This document shows positions 54,290 through 64,000 of a stretch of 64,000 nucleotides of DNA, one piece after another (within the stretch, counting starts at the first letter, position 1; every line of letters begins with the position of its first letter). Source of the DNA: Felis catus (taxonomy: Eukaryota); the NCBI RefSeq assembly GCF_018350175.1, contig NC_058373.1, positions 112,656,001 to 112,720,000 of the forward strand, in the 5' to 3' direction. The notes under the pieces were generated by a model that did not search any database, was not told the origin of the DNA, and was given only the letters and a program-made list of their open reading frames with translations. The translations under genes were made by a program, and so were the position numbers.

Positions 54290-55397
54290 TAAGTTCAATA
54301 CATCTTCAAGGCATCCTTAAAAAAGAACTAAGGTATTTATGACACTTCACAGCTATGTTCCCTCCATAATGTAGATAGACTCGTTGAAAGCACTGAAGTT
54401 CTCAGTTTTGAGGCATTAAAAATATTGCTGTTACCTACTGAAGTATAGCTGTAAGGATAAACAATGTGACATTTTAAGAACTCTCCAGAAATGTCATTTT
54501 TGTGATCATATTAAATATATAATATTTTTATATTGAAAACATCAAATATTCACAAATTCATAAAGGAGCAGCAAACTGAAGGTAAGAGACCTTAGATAAT
54601 TTTAAAATTAGTTGAGAAAGCTTAGTAAAGATTTTTTTAAAGACAGAGTTTTTCAGCAGTTAACACTTATTTAAATATTTCTTGACCCAAATGACCCAAG
54701 TACTATAGAGAGGAAATAAGATACAATGTATTTGCATTTTTTATTTAATAAAGCAATATTATTAGAATAGTACCAAAGTATTGCAGATTCTCTGTGGGCA
54801 ATTCTGGTAGTAAGTAGAGTACCATGTGGTACTTGCATAAATTTAGTCACCTTAGTCATAGAACATCATCTACATTATTATTCATATTTAGTATAATCCA
54901 CCCAATATGCTTTAAAATCTTCAGAAAGTAACATATCACTTCTGAGAATAATGATTGTTCATTGAGAGCATAAAGATTAAAAACCTAATCTTACTATATG
55001 AAGTAATTCCTAAAGTTTCAAGAGTCATCCAGGTATTTTGGTTATGAACATAACTTGAGGGGATTTTTGACAACACATAAATTGTAAAGGATCGTAGAGA
55101 TCTTTTTAAGATGTCCTTTTACCCCACCAGTAAGTGGTTCTTTCACTGAAGACCAAATGATTTTGTCTCCACATCTATTCAGTGGTCCATTAAGTCTTTA
55201 CTTAAGACTAGTAAGTAGTTATGTTGTATGTGATTTTTGCTTTGTTTTGTTTCATTTTGTTTTTATGGAGCTGATTAAATAGGTACATTTTTAAATCATT
55301 GTATCTTCTCTTTTACTCTTAATTAAAAGAGTAAAAAGTGCCATCAATTTCCATCTTAAGAAAAAGCTTACAACATTTGAAGTCTAAGCTGATATTG

Positions 55398-55614
55398 TCA
55401 TTCTACATTTGAGAATTTTTGGCATTTCATTGTTTCATTTGTTTTCACCTTTTCCTTTCCAGTCATTTTGCTTGTATAGTCTCATGTTTTCCTGTCACTG
55501 TACTCATAGTTGTTATGTGTTGTGCATTAGAAGCATCCATTCTACACCAGTCCAGCTGTTATCATGGCACACGGTGAGCAGCCCATTCCTGGTCTCATCA
55601 ATTATTCCCATCAT
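55398..55614 (+). promoter_or_regulatory. YCAY cluster (Nova-type splicing silencer) across the C3 acceptor region and exon
   Basis: 8 TCAY motifs in 55398-55507 and 6 YCAY in the exon (55537, 55562, 55583, 55595, 55608, 55611); Nova-dependent neuronal exclusion of gephyrin C3 is established in rodents. Confidence 0.8.
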
Positions 55615-55638
55615 GCAACAGACAGTACAGATGAACGG
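55531..55638 (+). CDS. GPHN: Gephyrin alternative C3 cassette exon (108 nt, 36 aa, frame-preserving)
   Basis: gtgcattag|AAGCAT...GAACGG|gtaaga; [36 protein letters not shown] matches the known C3 insert after K243; phase 0-0. Confidence 0.95.
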
Positions 55639-56454
55639 GTAAGACAATAGGCTTTTGCATTAATGATTTTGCAAGCATACAGCCTACCTCCTATCCTTGG
55701 AGATAGGTATAACATTTTATGGAAGATGTGTCTTATTCTGAAGGATCTTCAGCATAATTTTTTCTAAAACTGTAAGTGCCACTGAGCATATTCCATCAAG
55801 GAATTTAATAGTTTCTCCTGTACCTAAAATACTCTAATATCATTAAGATTCTGTCATATGTGACAAAGAGCATTTATCACACAACCCCAAGAAATTCATT
55901 GCTCAGAAATTATTATTTTCCTTTAGTAATTTTATCAAATACCTTTAAATAAATTACCTGGCTCAATTAAGATAAGCCATTAAAAGGATCACTTTAAGTC
56001 TTAAAAATCCAAACAAATTGGTCAAACTAATATTTAATCTCGCTTTTTGCCTCATGATTTTTCTCCTGATTTTCTTTTCCTTCATTATGTTCTCATTAAT
56101 ACCATTTAGAGATTTGAGTCTTGATACAATTTCTGAGATTACTAATCTTCAAATAAAAGCTTAGAAGGATACATTATCACTTGTTTTAGTCACTGTCTAT
56201 ATGATAGTTTGTAAAAACTCCAGGCCAGAAAAGATTAAACTGTTAAGTATAGCTAACTATAAAAAAAAAATTTTTTTAAAAACCTTAAAAATTTTTTTAA
56301 AAATAAATAAATACAGTATAACTAAATAGTAATAATTTAGACCATGGATGTCAAAAAAATCTATCTCAGTCACTAATATGGATATAAAATGAGAGGGGGA
56401 AAAATGAAGAAAATAAAAAGTAATAAAGTGAAATTTGGCTTAAAATCCTTAGGG

Positions 56455-56662
56455 AGATCCAATTAAAAATGGATAGAAGACATGAACAGACATTTATGGA
56501 ACATTATTCAGCCATTAAAAAGAATGAAATCTTGCCATTTGCAGTGACGTGGATGGAGCTATAAAGTATAATCCTGAGTGAAATAAGTCAGAGAAAGACA
56601 AATACCATATGATTTCGCTCTCATGTGAAATTCAGGAAACAAATGAACAAAAGAAAAAATAG
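56455..56662 (+). mobile_element. Short L1 3' fragment with internal deletion
   Basis: gacatgaacagacattt joined directly to atggaacattattcagccattaaaaagaatgaaatcttgcc; these are about 440 nt apart in the L1 at 38750-39210. Confidence 0.75.
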
Positions 56663-56825
56663 AATTCTGTTGGCATTTGGGATTTACCTGTGGTTGTGAC
56701 AAAAAGATACCTGTGGGCTTAAGCAAGTGCTTGAAAGTGTACTCCTCCAGCAGTGTGGTTTATCTGGTCCTATTAGTTGAATTCATTGGGCATATTGGTG
56801 GATGATCTCTCAAACTGTTAAAGAA

Positions 56826-57037
56826 GGGGCCTCCGGGTGGGTTAGTCGGTTAAGCGTCCGACTTCAGCTCAGGTCATGATTTTGCAGTTCATGAGTTCAA
56901 GCCCCACATTGGTCTCCATGCTGACAGCTGGGAGCCTGGAGCCTCCTTTGGATTCTGTGTCTCCCTCTCTCTCTGCCCCTCCCGGCTCATGCTCTGTCTC
57001 TCTCTCAAAAATGAATAAACATTTTTAAAAACAATTT
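56826..57037 (+). mobile_element. CanSINE
   Basis: ggggcctccgggtgggttagtcggttaagcgtcc head; TSD-like aaactgttaaagaa / aaactgtcaataa. Confidence 0.93.
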
Positions 57038-57050
57038 TTAATTTAAAACT

Positions 57051-57259
57051 TTTTAAAAAATATTTATTCTTGAGAGATAGAGAGAGACAGAGCATGAGCA
57101 AGGGAGGGGCAAAAAGAGAGAGACACACAAAATCTGAAGCAGGCTCCAGGCTCCGAGCTGTCAGCACAGAGTCTGATGCAGGGCTGGAACCCATGGACCT
57201 CCAGATCATGACCTGAGCCGTGGTTGGACACCTAACCAACTGAGCAACCTAGGCTTCCC
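57051..57259 (-). mobile_element. CanSINE inserted in opposite orientation into the tail of the previous SINE
   Basis: Perfect 13-bp TSD ttaatttaaaact at 57038-57050 and 57260-57272. Confidence 0.93.
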
Positions 57260-57782
57260 TTAATTTAAAACTGTCAATAAATAATTTTTAAAGTTAAAAT
57301 CATAACTTTATTACAAATACTAAATGAATACATATCAATGGTGTTATTTCATTAATTAATTATTGAAGGAACCAGAAAGGTATTACAACTGGTTCACAGA
57401 AAAACTCAAAGGACACAAATATGTAAACATTAAGAACTAAATGAATGGAAATGAAATTTACAAATAGATGCAACACTTTAGTTGTTATCTGCAAAGCAGC
57501 CCATTGCACTTCTCTTGTATAAAAGAATCATTTGGACAAAAACCAGTTACATTACTATTTTCTGCAAGTTTGAGTTGTAAGATAGCTGAAAGACTGGACA
57601 GTGAACATAATCCAGAATGTCCACTACACAGGACACCTAATATTTTTGTCCATTTTAAAGTCTTTCACAATTTTTCTTGACCTGTGAAAGGAATACAAAG
57701 ATGCATGGATGTTTACAAAAGAAAATAAAATTTTTACTCAAGACGTCCATGGATCTAATGTGCTTCTTTAAAAATGACTGTT

Positions 57783-58007
57783 GGGGCGCCTGGGTGGCGC
57801 AGTCGGTTAAGCGTCCGACTTCAGCCAGGTCACGATCTCGCGGTCCGTGAGTTCGAGCCCCGCGTCAGGCTCTGGGCTGATGGCTCAGAGCCTGGAGCCT
57901 GTTTCTGATTCTGTGTCTCCCTCTCTCTCTGCCCCTCCCCCATTCATGCTCTGTCTCTCTCTGTCCCAAAAATAAATAAATGTTGAAAAAAAAATTAAAA
58001 AAAAAAA
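57783..58007 (+). mobile_element. Young felid CanSINE
   Basis: CpG-rich near-consensus body; perfect TSD taaaaatgactgtt at 57769-57782 and 58008-58021. Confidence 0.97.
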
Positions 58008-58349
58008 TAAAAATGACTGTTGATTTTCTCAAAATTTCAATTAAAAACACCAACAAGTGCTTATAACACTGCTGTTGTTTGTAAAGGGGTGACTTGTTAG
58101 GATGCCAATTGTTTTTTTCCAGCATTGACCTTTGAGTAATATTGTGACCCAATTATGTATCTATGTGTTAGGAATAAGTAATGATTATTTGAGTTAATGT
58201 ATGTTTTTATAAGTTTTACATTAAGCTAACTTATTATCATAAAATAAGTAGAAAGCTATATTAAAATAAACTACAAAGACCTTTTTCATATTTGGGAAGC
58301 AATATGCATTGTGCTTTATGAAACAGCATGAATTTTGGCATCATATATT

Positions 58350-58545
58350 TTCAGATCCATCAGTTAGTAGCTCTATGACATTGGGTGTAGTGCTTCTCCT
58401 TTCTAAGCCCCAGTCTTCTCTAAAATAGGAAGAACAATGATATTAACATCATGATTACTTAATGACTTAGTTGTGAATATTCAAATAGGAAAATGGATAT
58501 AAAAGCACTTAATTCAGTGTCTGAATAAAAGTAAGCATTCATTAT
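58350..58545 (+). mobile_element. Degraded MIR
   Basis: ctctatgacattggg...ctaagccccagtcttctctaaaatagg...taaaagcactta. Confidence 0.5.
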
Positions 58546-58834
58546 TTTAGGGAGTCAACCACCTCACTGATACCAACTCAGCTTCAGATGCTACTTACAC
58601 ATTTCTCTCTTCATACCTCCTCTTTCCTTTGCCCAGTTGAACAGTCCTTTCTTTTTCCTTCTTATTCTACCTTTAGATATCATTTAAGGCCTAATAAGTG
58701 GTTCTTATATTTTTATAGGTGGTGACCTCCTTTGGAAATGTGATTACTGTGGCCTCCCCTCTCCAAGGGGCTATGCACACAAATGTTGAGCTTAGTTGCA
58801 AGGCCTATCCCTTAGATTAAGTATTCTTGTGCCA

Positions 58835-59488
58835 CAACAAACAACAGGTGTTGGTGAAGGTGTGGAAAAAGGGGAACCCTCTTGCGCTGTTGGTGAGAGT
58901 GTGAACTAGTACAGCTACTCTGGAAAACAGTATGGAGGTTCCTCAAAAAGTTAAAAATAGAACTACCCTACAATCCAGCAGTCTCACTACTCGGTATTTA
59001 CCCAAAGATATAAAACTGCTGATTTGAAGGGATACATTCACTCCAATGTTTATAGCAGCATTATCTACAATAGCCACACTATGGAAACAGCTGAAATGTC
59101 CAATGACTGATGAATGGATAAAGTCGATGTGATATGTATGTGTGTGTATATATTATGTGAAGCAAAACAAGTCAGAAAAAGACAAGTTTCATATGGTTTC
59201 ACTTGTAGAATTTAAGAAACAAAACAAACAAAGGGGAGGAAAAAGAAAGATACAAACCAAGAACAGGCTCTTAAAACTATAGAGAACAAACTGATGGTTA
59301 CAGAGGGGATGTGAGTGGAGCAATGGGTTACATAGGTGAGGGGATGAAGGAGTGCATTTGTGATGAACACCGGTTGCTATATGGAACTGTTGAATCACTG
59401 TCTTGTACACCTGAAATTAATATTACACTGTATGTTAACTAATGAATTTAAATAAAAACTTAATAAAAATAAATAAAAATTCTAAAAA
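58835..59488 (+). mobile_element. 5'-truncated carnivore L1 3' fragment
   Basis: ctctggaaaacagtatggaggttcctcaaaaagttaaaaatagaactaccc; perfect TSD attcttgtgcca at 58823-58834 and 59489-59500. Confidence 0.92.
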
Positions 59489-59859
59489 ATTCTTGTGCCA
59501 GCTACAGTCCAGCCTCCTCCCTAAAGCTTTTCATAGATCTAATCTATATTTATCTTTCCTTTCCTTTTGTATTACGTTCACTCACCAAATATTTATCTCG
59601 ACACTAATATGCATATATCACTCTGTTGGATGCTGTGAGTTTTTAAATGATTGTATATGATTTGGGCCCTGCCCTTGAGGAACTCACAGTATAGTACAAG
59701 AGAATATATTCTTAAATGAACTAGTTTTGTAAGTATATCATAACTGTTTAGTGTTCTCATCAGGTATAAAACTAATCAAATTTTATTCTAGAAAATTCCA
59801 TGAGATTTATCAGTGGCTATTTTGAAACTACTTGGCATGATGAATTCCCAGAGAACAAT

Positions 59860-60535
59860 CTGGTCTAATCCACCATCATCTTTCATCTCAAGTTATTTCA
59901 GTGGCTAGTCTCATCAGTTCCACCTTTGCCTCTCTTCAGTTTACTCTTCCTCTCAAAGCCAAGTCCACTTTTTAAAGCATGAAGTAAATCATGTCACTTT
60001 TCTACTGGTAACTTTCAATGAATTCTTGTTCCATACAGAATAAAACTAAAACTCCTTGACTTGTTCTGCTAGATTCTACTTGATCTGGCTCTCTCCAACT
60101 TTTCTAGGCCTTTCTCTTAGCATTCTTCTCCCTTTCCTCATTGCTCACTAAGCTTCATCAAGCTTTTTCTTGCCTTGGGGAATGTTCTGTCCCCACTACC
60201 TAAAACGTTCTTAACCCCACTCTTTGCCTGGCTGACTTCTATTTATTCTTTATGTTTCATTGTAAGTATCTCTTTCTCATAGAAAGACCTGATCTGCCTC
60301 CTCCAGTCTAAATTATTCTTACAGTTACTTTCTCTTATAGCATCTAATACTTTTCCTTTATAGCACTTATCACAATTTACAATTGTGTACTTATTCATGT
60401 GTTTGATACCTATATATATAGTCTGTAAGGTCCAATAAGGACAAGTATCACATCTCTTAGTTTATATGATTGATCTATACAACATACAGCACAGCTTGGA
60501 ACATATTATACACTGTATAAATATTTGTTAAATAT
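59860..60535 (+). mobile_element. L2 fragment
   Basis: caccatcatctttcatct...aaatcatgtcact...tagcacttatcacaattt...taaatatttgttaaat. Confidence 0.65.
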
Positions 60536-60710
60536 GTTCCATGAGACTGTCGATTAAGTTTACAAGACAGATATAAAAAACCAAGATATGGTTATCAATG
60601 CTCATGATGTGTAAGGACTCTTCCATGAAACAGATAATCAGCATATTCTTTCCCTGTAGTAAGCCAATATATTAAGTGACTATAGTAATGATGATGAGAT
60701 AACTTTTTAA

Positions 60711-60922
60711 AAATTATTTTAATGTTTATTTTTTGAGAGAGAAAGATAGAGGTTGAGCAGGGGAGGGGCAGAGAGAGAGGTAGACACAGAATCCTAAGCA
60801 GGCTCCAGGCTCTGAGCTGTCGGCACAGAGCCTGATGCGGGGCTTGAACTTACGAACTGTGAGTGAGATCATGACCTGAGCTGACGTCAGACGCTTAACC
60901 AACTGAGCCACCCAGGCGCCCC
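60711..60922 (-). mobile_element. CanSINE
   Basis: Ends actgagccacccaggcgcccc; (GA)n tract; TSD-like taactttttaa / taattttttaa. Confidence 0.94.
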
Positions 60923-61880
60923 AAGAAGGTAATTTTTTAATGCTAACTATGTAGCAGATAGTATTTTAAGTGGTTTATATAAACTATCAGAAATTGATAC
61001 TTAAATGCAGGTATCAGCAAGATAATACTTTTTATTTTATTGGAACACAAGTCCATATGGCAAAACAAATTTTCATACAGACTCTGATTAATACCATTGA
61101 GAACAACAAAAACTCTGAATAATTTCAAACAACATGAGAATAATTTTAATAAGTATAAATAGTCCTTATAAAGAAATAAAATCATGAAGATTTAAAATTT
61201 TACATTTATAAAAAAATATGTTATTGTCGACCTCATGTTCACTAGACAAAATCATAAAGTATGGCTTTTCTTTGTAAATATGAATCATAATTCTTTTGTA
61301 TTTTTTGTCATTAATTTTAATCTAAATGCAGGTCTTCACATTTATTCTTGTTAAGTTTTGTTTTGCTACATGTATCTGATCAATCTAGCCTAAGAAGATC
61401 TTTTTTAAATCGGTATCTGCCATATTACCTGTATTTTCTAGCTCTGTTCCCGGCATATATGTTAATCATGCTTTCATTGAAGTTACTGATAGAACTTTTT
61501 TTAGGATAGGCCATTTTGCATGCTAACAGAAACCCTACTGGTTATTTGTATGTGTATATGTTAACCAGCTAACATATATGTCTCTCCTAGCCATCAAAAC
61601 CCACTTTCTTTGTCTGTCTTGTCCACAGGAATTTTATGAATGACTTAAATGCCTTACTGAACAGGATACACTAATTTGCTAGTTCTGTGCCTTAGTAAAA
61701 TTTTTATAACACTTAATCGTAGCCACTAAAATAACAGTATCAAAAGCTCTAGAAAGATACATGATATATATTTTCTGAAAATCTATTTTGTATTCATATG
61801 TAATCTATTTTTACTATAAATTCAGATCTTATATTGCATATTTGGATGTCTAGTTGTATTTTTAGAAAATACAACCTACC

Positions 61881-62008
61881 CAGAGCTCCTGGCTGGCTCA
61901 AGCACAGGAGCATGCAACCCTTGATCTCAGGGTTGTGAGTTTGAGCCCCATGTTGGGTATAGAGGTTACTAAAAGAATAAATAAAAACTTTAAAAACAAC
62001 AAAAAAAA
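61881..62008 (+). mobile_element. Short CanSINE variant lacking (CT)n
   Basis: cctggctggctca...cttgatctcagggttgtgagtttgagcccca; TSD gaaaatacaacctacc / gaaaatacagcctacc. Confidence 0.85.
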
Positions 62009-63483
62009 GGAAAATACAGCCTACCTTGAAGGTCTTTAAACAGAAGGTACCAGGAAAGGGTACACATGATGGAGCTAACCACCAAGCTGGACAGTGACTC
62101 TAAAAGCACTGCTACGGAGATTGACAAATTGTAGCTATGGAAGCCGTAACCCTTCATACATGCCTGCTTTGGGAAAAACTAGCTCCAATTATTATAAATT
62201 TGCTCACTGCCTACCCAAAATTAAATCCAAACATCTTCCTATTGATTAGTTTTCTAACTTTTCTGTAAATTTAAACATTTTTTCAATACAAAATTTTAAG
62301 TGGTAAAAATAATGATTCAAGGGGCATTGTATACTCACTTATGAATTTCCTTGACATCAAAATACAAGTTTATATGTTTATTCTATTAGTATTCTTACTG
62401 GCACTTCAAAAGACCACAGAGTTCAAAAAGAGAAGTGATACTTTGGTTACATGTTCTGAGTTTGATATTGTAACTCCATTTTTTCTTTTACAAGTATTCA
62501 CCCAGTCAAATTAATAGACCAGAAAAACAACATAGATTGAAAGAATTAGCACGGTTCCTTAAAAAAACTATGCATTCTCATTACAATTTCCCTTAAAGGG
62601 GAAAATTCTGTTGTTTAATAATCGACATTCAAAATTACATAGCATACCTGCAAAAGGTTTGAGATCAACTGGGACTAATTGTTTCCTCCATGCTCTCAGT
62701 TGCATAAGACAATAAGAATACAGATTACTCTCTAAAAGTGAAGGAATGTTATTTCCTTTGGAAGTGATTTGGCATTTCTTTTTCTCATTTGTGCTGACTT
62801 AACCCACTATAAATTCTGCTTACTCTAGGTGGATCCTCACTACTCCTTGGCAAGCCTTGGGTTCATCTCTTATTGACTCCTTCATACACATTGATGAATT
62901 GCAATTTTCAGAGCTTAACCTTTTTTCACCTCCTCCTTTTCCCCATTCTCTTCTCTTGCTTCTTGTTTTATTAAAATAAAGACCATCAAGGCTAAACATC
63001 TGTCCCTCTGCTTAAATTATTTTTTCTGAGTTAATTCTTCATTCTATTCCTTCTGTCTCAAAGAGAGATTATAATTCTTAAAAGTTAGTGGCTGCTTCTA
63101 CTTCTTTATTATTAAGGAAATAATTATTATCAAGACATTATTAAGTATGCAAGTCATTGTGTTCATTCTTTTACTTCTCCCTAACTGTTGACTGTGTAGA
63201 CCAGGTCTTAATTTTGAAATAATCCTTTCGTGGATTTTATTAGTAAAAAATCTATAATTGTACAAGTAATACATGAATACATTCTTATTAAGAATGAAAA
63301 ATGAAAAAAATAAAAATTAAACAGATGATTAACACCCATTTGAACTATCCCCTCATCTTTTTATTTGCTTTCACGCTGCCCCAGAAGTAATCACTTTTTT
63401 TAAAAATCAGAGGGTTACCTTTCAAAACTTTTTTATATTTTTCTATACAAACATAGTAAATATAATCCTAGTAGTTTCTAAGT

Positions 63484-63485
<2 letters not shown>

Positions 63486-63522
<37 letters not shown>
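63486..63522. repeat. (TG)n microsatellite
   Basis: About 18 perfect TG units. Confidence 0.95.
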
Positions 63523-63524
<2 letters not shown>

Positions 63525-63534
63525 AATTAACAAA

Positions 63535-64000
63535 GGAAGAGAGAAACTTGACAAACTGCTTCTAAAATACATATAGAATAAATGCAAAGGCCAAAAATAA
63601 CCAAGATACTCTTGAATAAGGAAAAGAACCAAGTGGAAAGTCCTGCCTTACTAATATCAAGATTTAAAATGATGTAATTAAAGTACTGCATCATTGGTGT
63701 AAAATTTAACAGACCATTGGAACAGAATTTAAGCCCCCCCCAAACACCAACACACATATGGGCACATATGATAGTTTGTACTACATACTAGTGGAAAAAG
63801 TCTTTTTTCAATAAATGATGCTGTCACAATAGGCTGTCCGTGTCAAAAAAAAAAAAAAATGTTGTTCACCTATCTCATAAAGTATACAAAAATCAATCTA
63901 AGATTACTGGAGACCTAAATATGAAAGGCAAAACTATAAAACTTGTAGAATGTTATAGGACAACACTTTTTTTTATGCTGGATTAGGGAAGGATTCCTTT
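63535..64000 (+). mobile_element. Ancient L1 ORF2 3' fragment (runs off the window)
   Basis: aatgcaaaggccaaaaataaccaagata...gtcttttttcaataaatgatgctg...gacctaaatatgaaaggcaaaactataaaactt. Confidence 0.75.

Noticed and set aside
55409..55642. 77-aa ORF overlapping C3
   Set aside because: Different frame from the C3 peptide, non-ATG start; incidental.
57280..57760. Possible antisense retrocopied 3' UTR (tttatt near 57308)
   Set aside because: No clear poly(T) tail, TSD or recognisable parent gene; cannot be supported without BLAST.
58696..58830. Possible hAT-Charlie MITE relic (gtggttctt...cctttggaaatgtga)
   Set aside because: Resemblance too degraded to call by eye.

Overview
This is mammalian genomic DNA from a felid, judged by the SINEC_Fc-type CanSINEs and cat-type L1 ends. 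The whole window lies inside the gephyrin gene (GPHN) on the + strand. Four exons can be read directly, each with canonical AG/GT sites: 4475-4569, 47957-48023 and 53930-54202 encode the G-domain C-terminus and the start of the C-linker, and 55531-55638 is the alternative C3 cassette, which sits in a dense YCAY (Nova-type) cluster. The rest is intronic and mostly transposable elements: about 19 CanSINEs, an antisense L1 block (about 8-18 kb), three near-full-length sense L1s (24-47 kb), a two-LTR ERV-L provirus starting 27 nt after an exon donor, a Tigger2-like element, an MLT1A LTR and L2/MIR relics. Nearly all ORF-track entries are TE fragments or noise. I found no new protein-coding or defence-type system. 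The best leads are structural: a probably spliced L1 (SpIRE-like), an ERV-L whose RT is replaced by a templated duplication, two template-switch inversion scars in L1s, a five-element insertion hotspot, and a nested inverted SINE pair near C3. Repeat subfamily names and human/rat comparisons come from memory and need RepeatMasker/Dfam or alignment confirmation.
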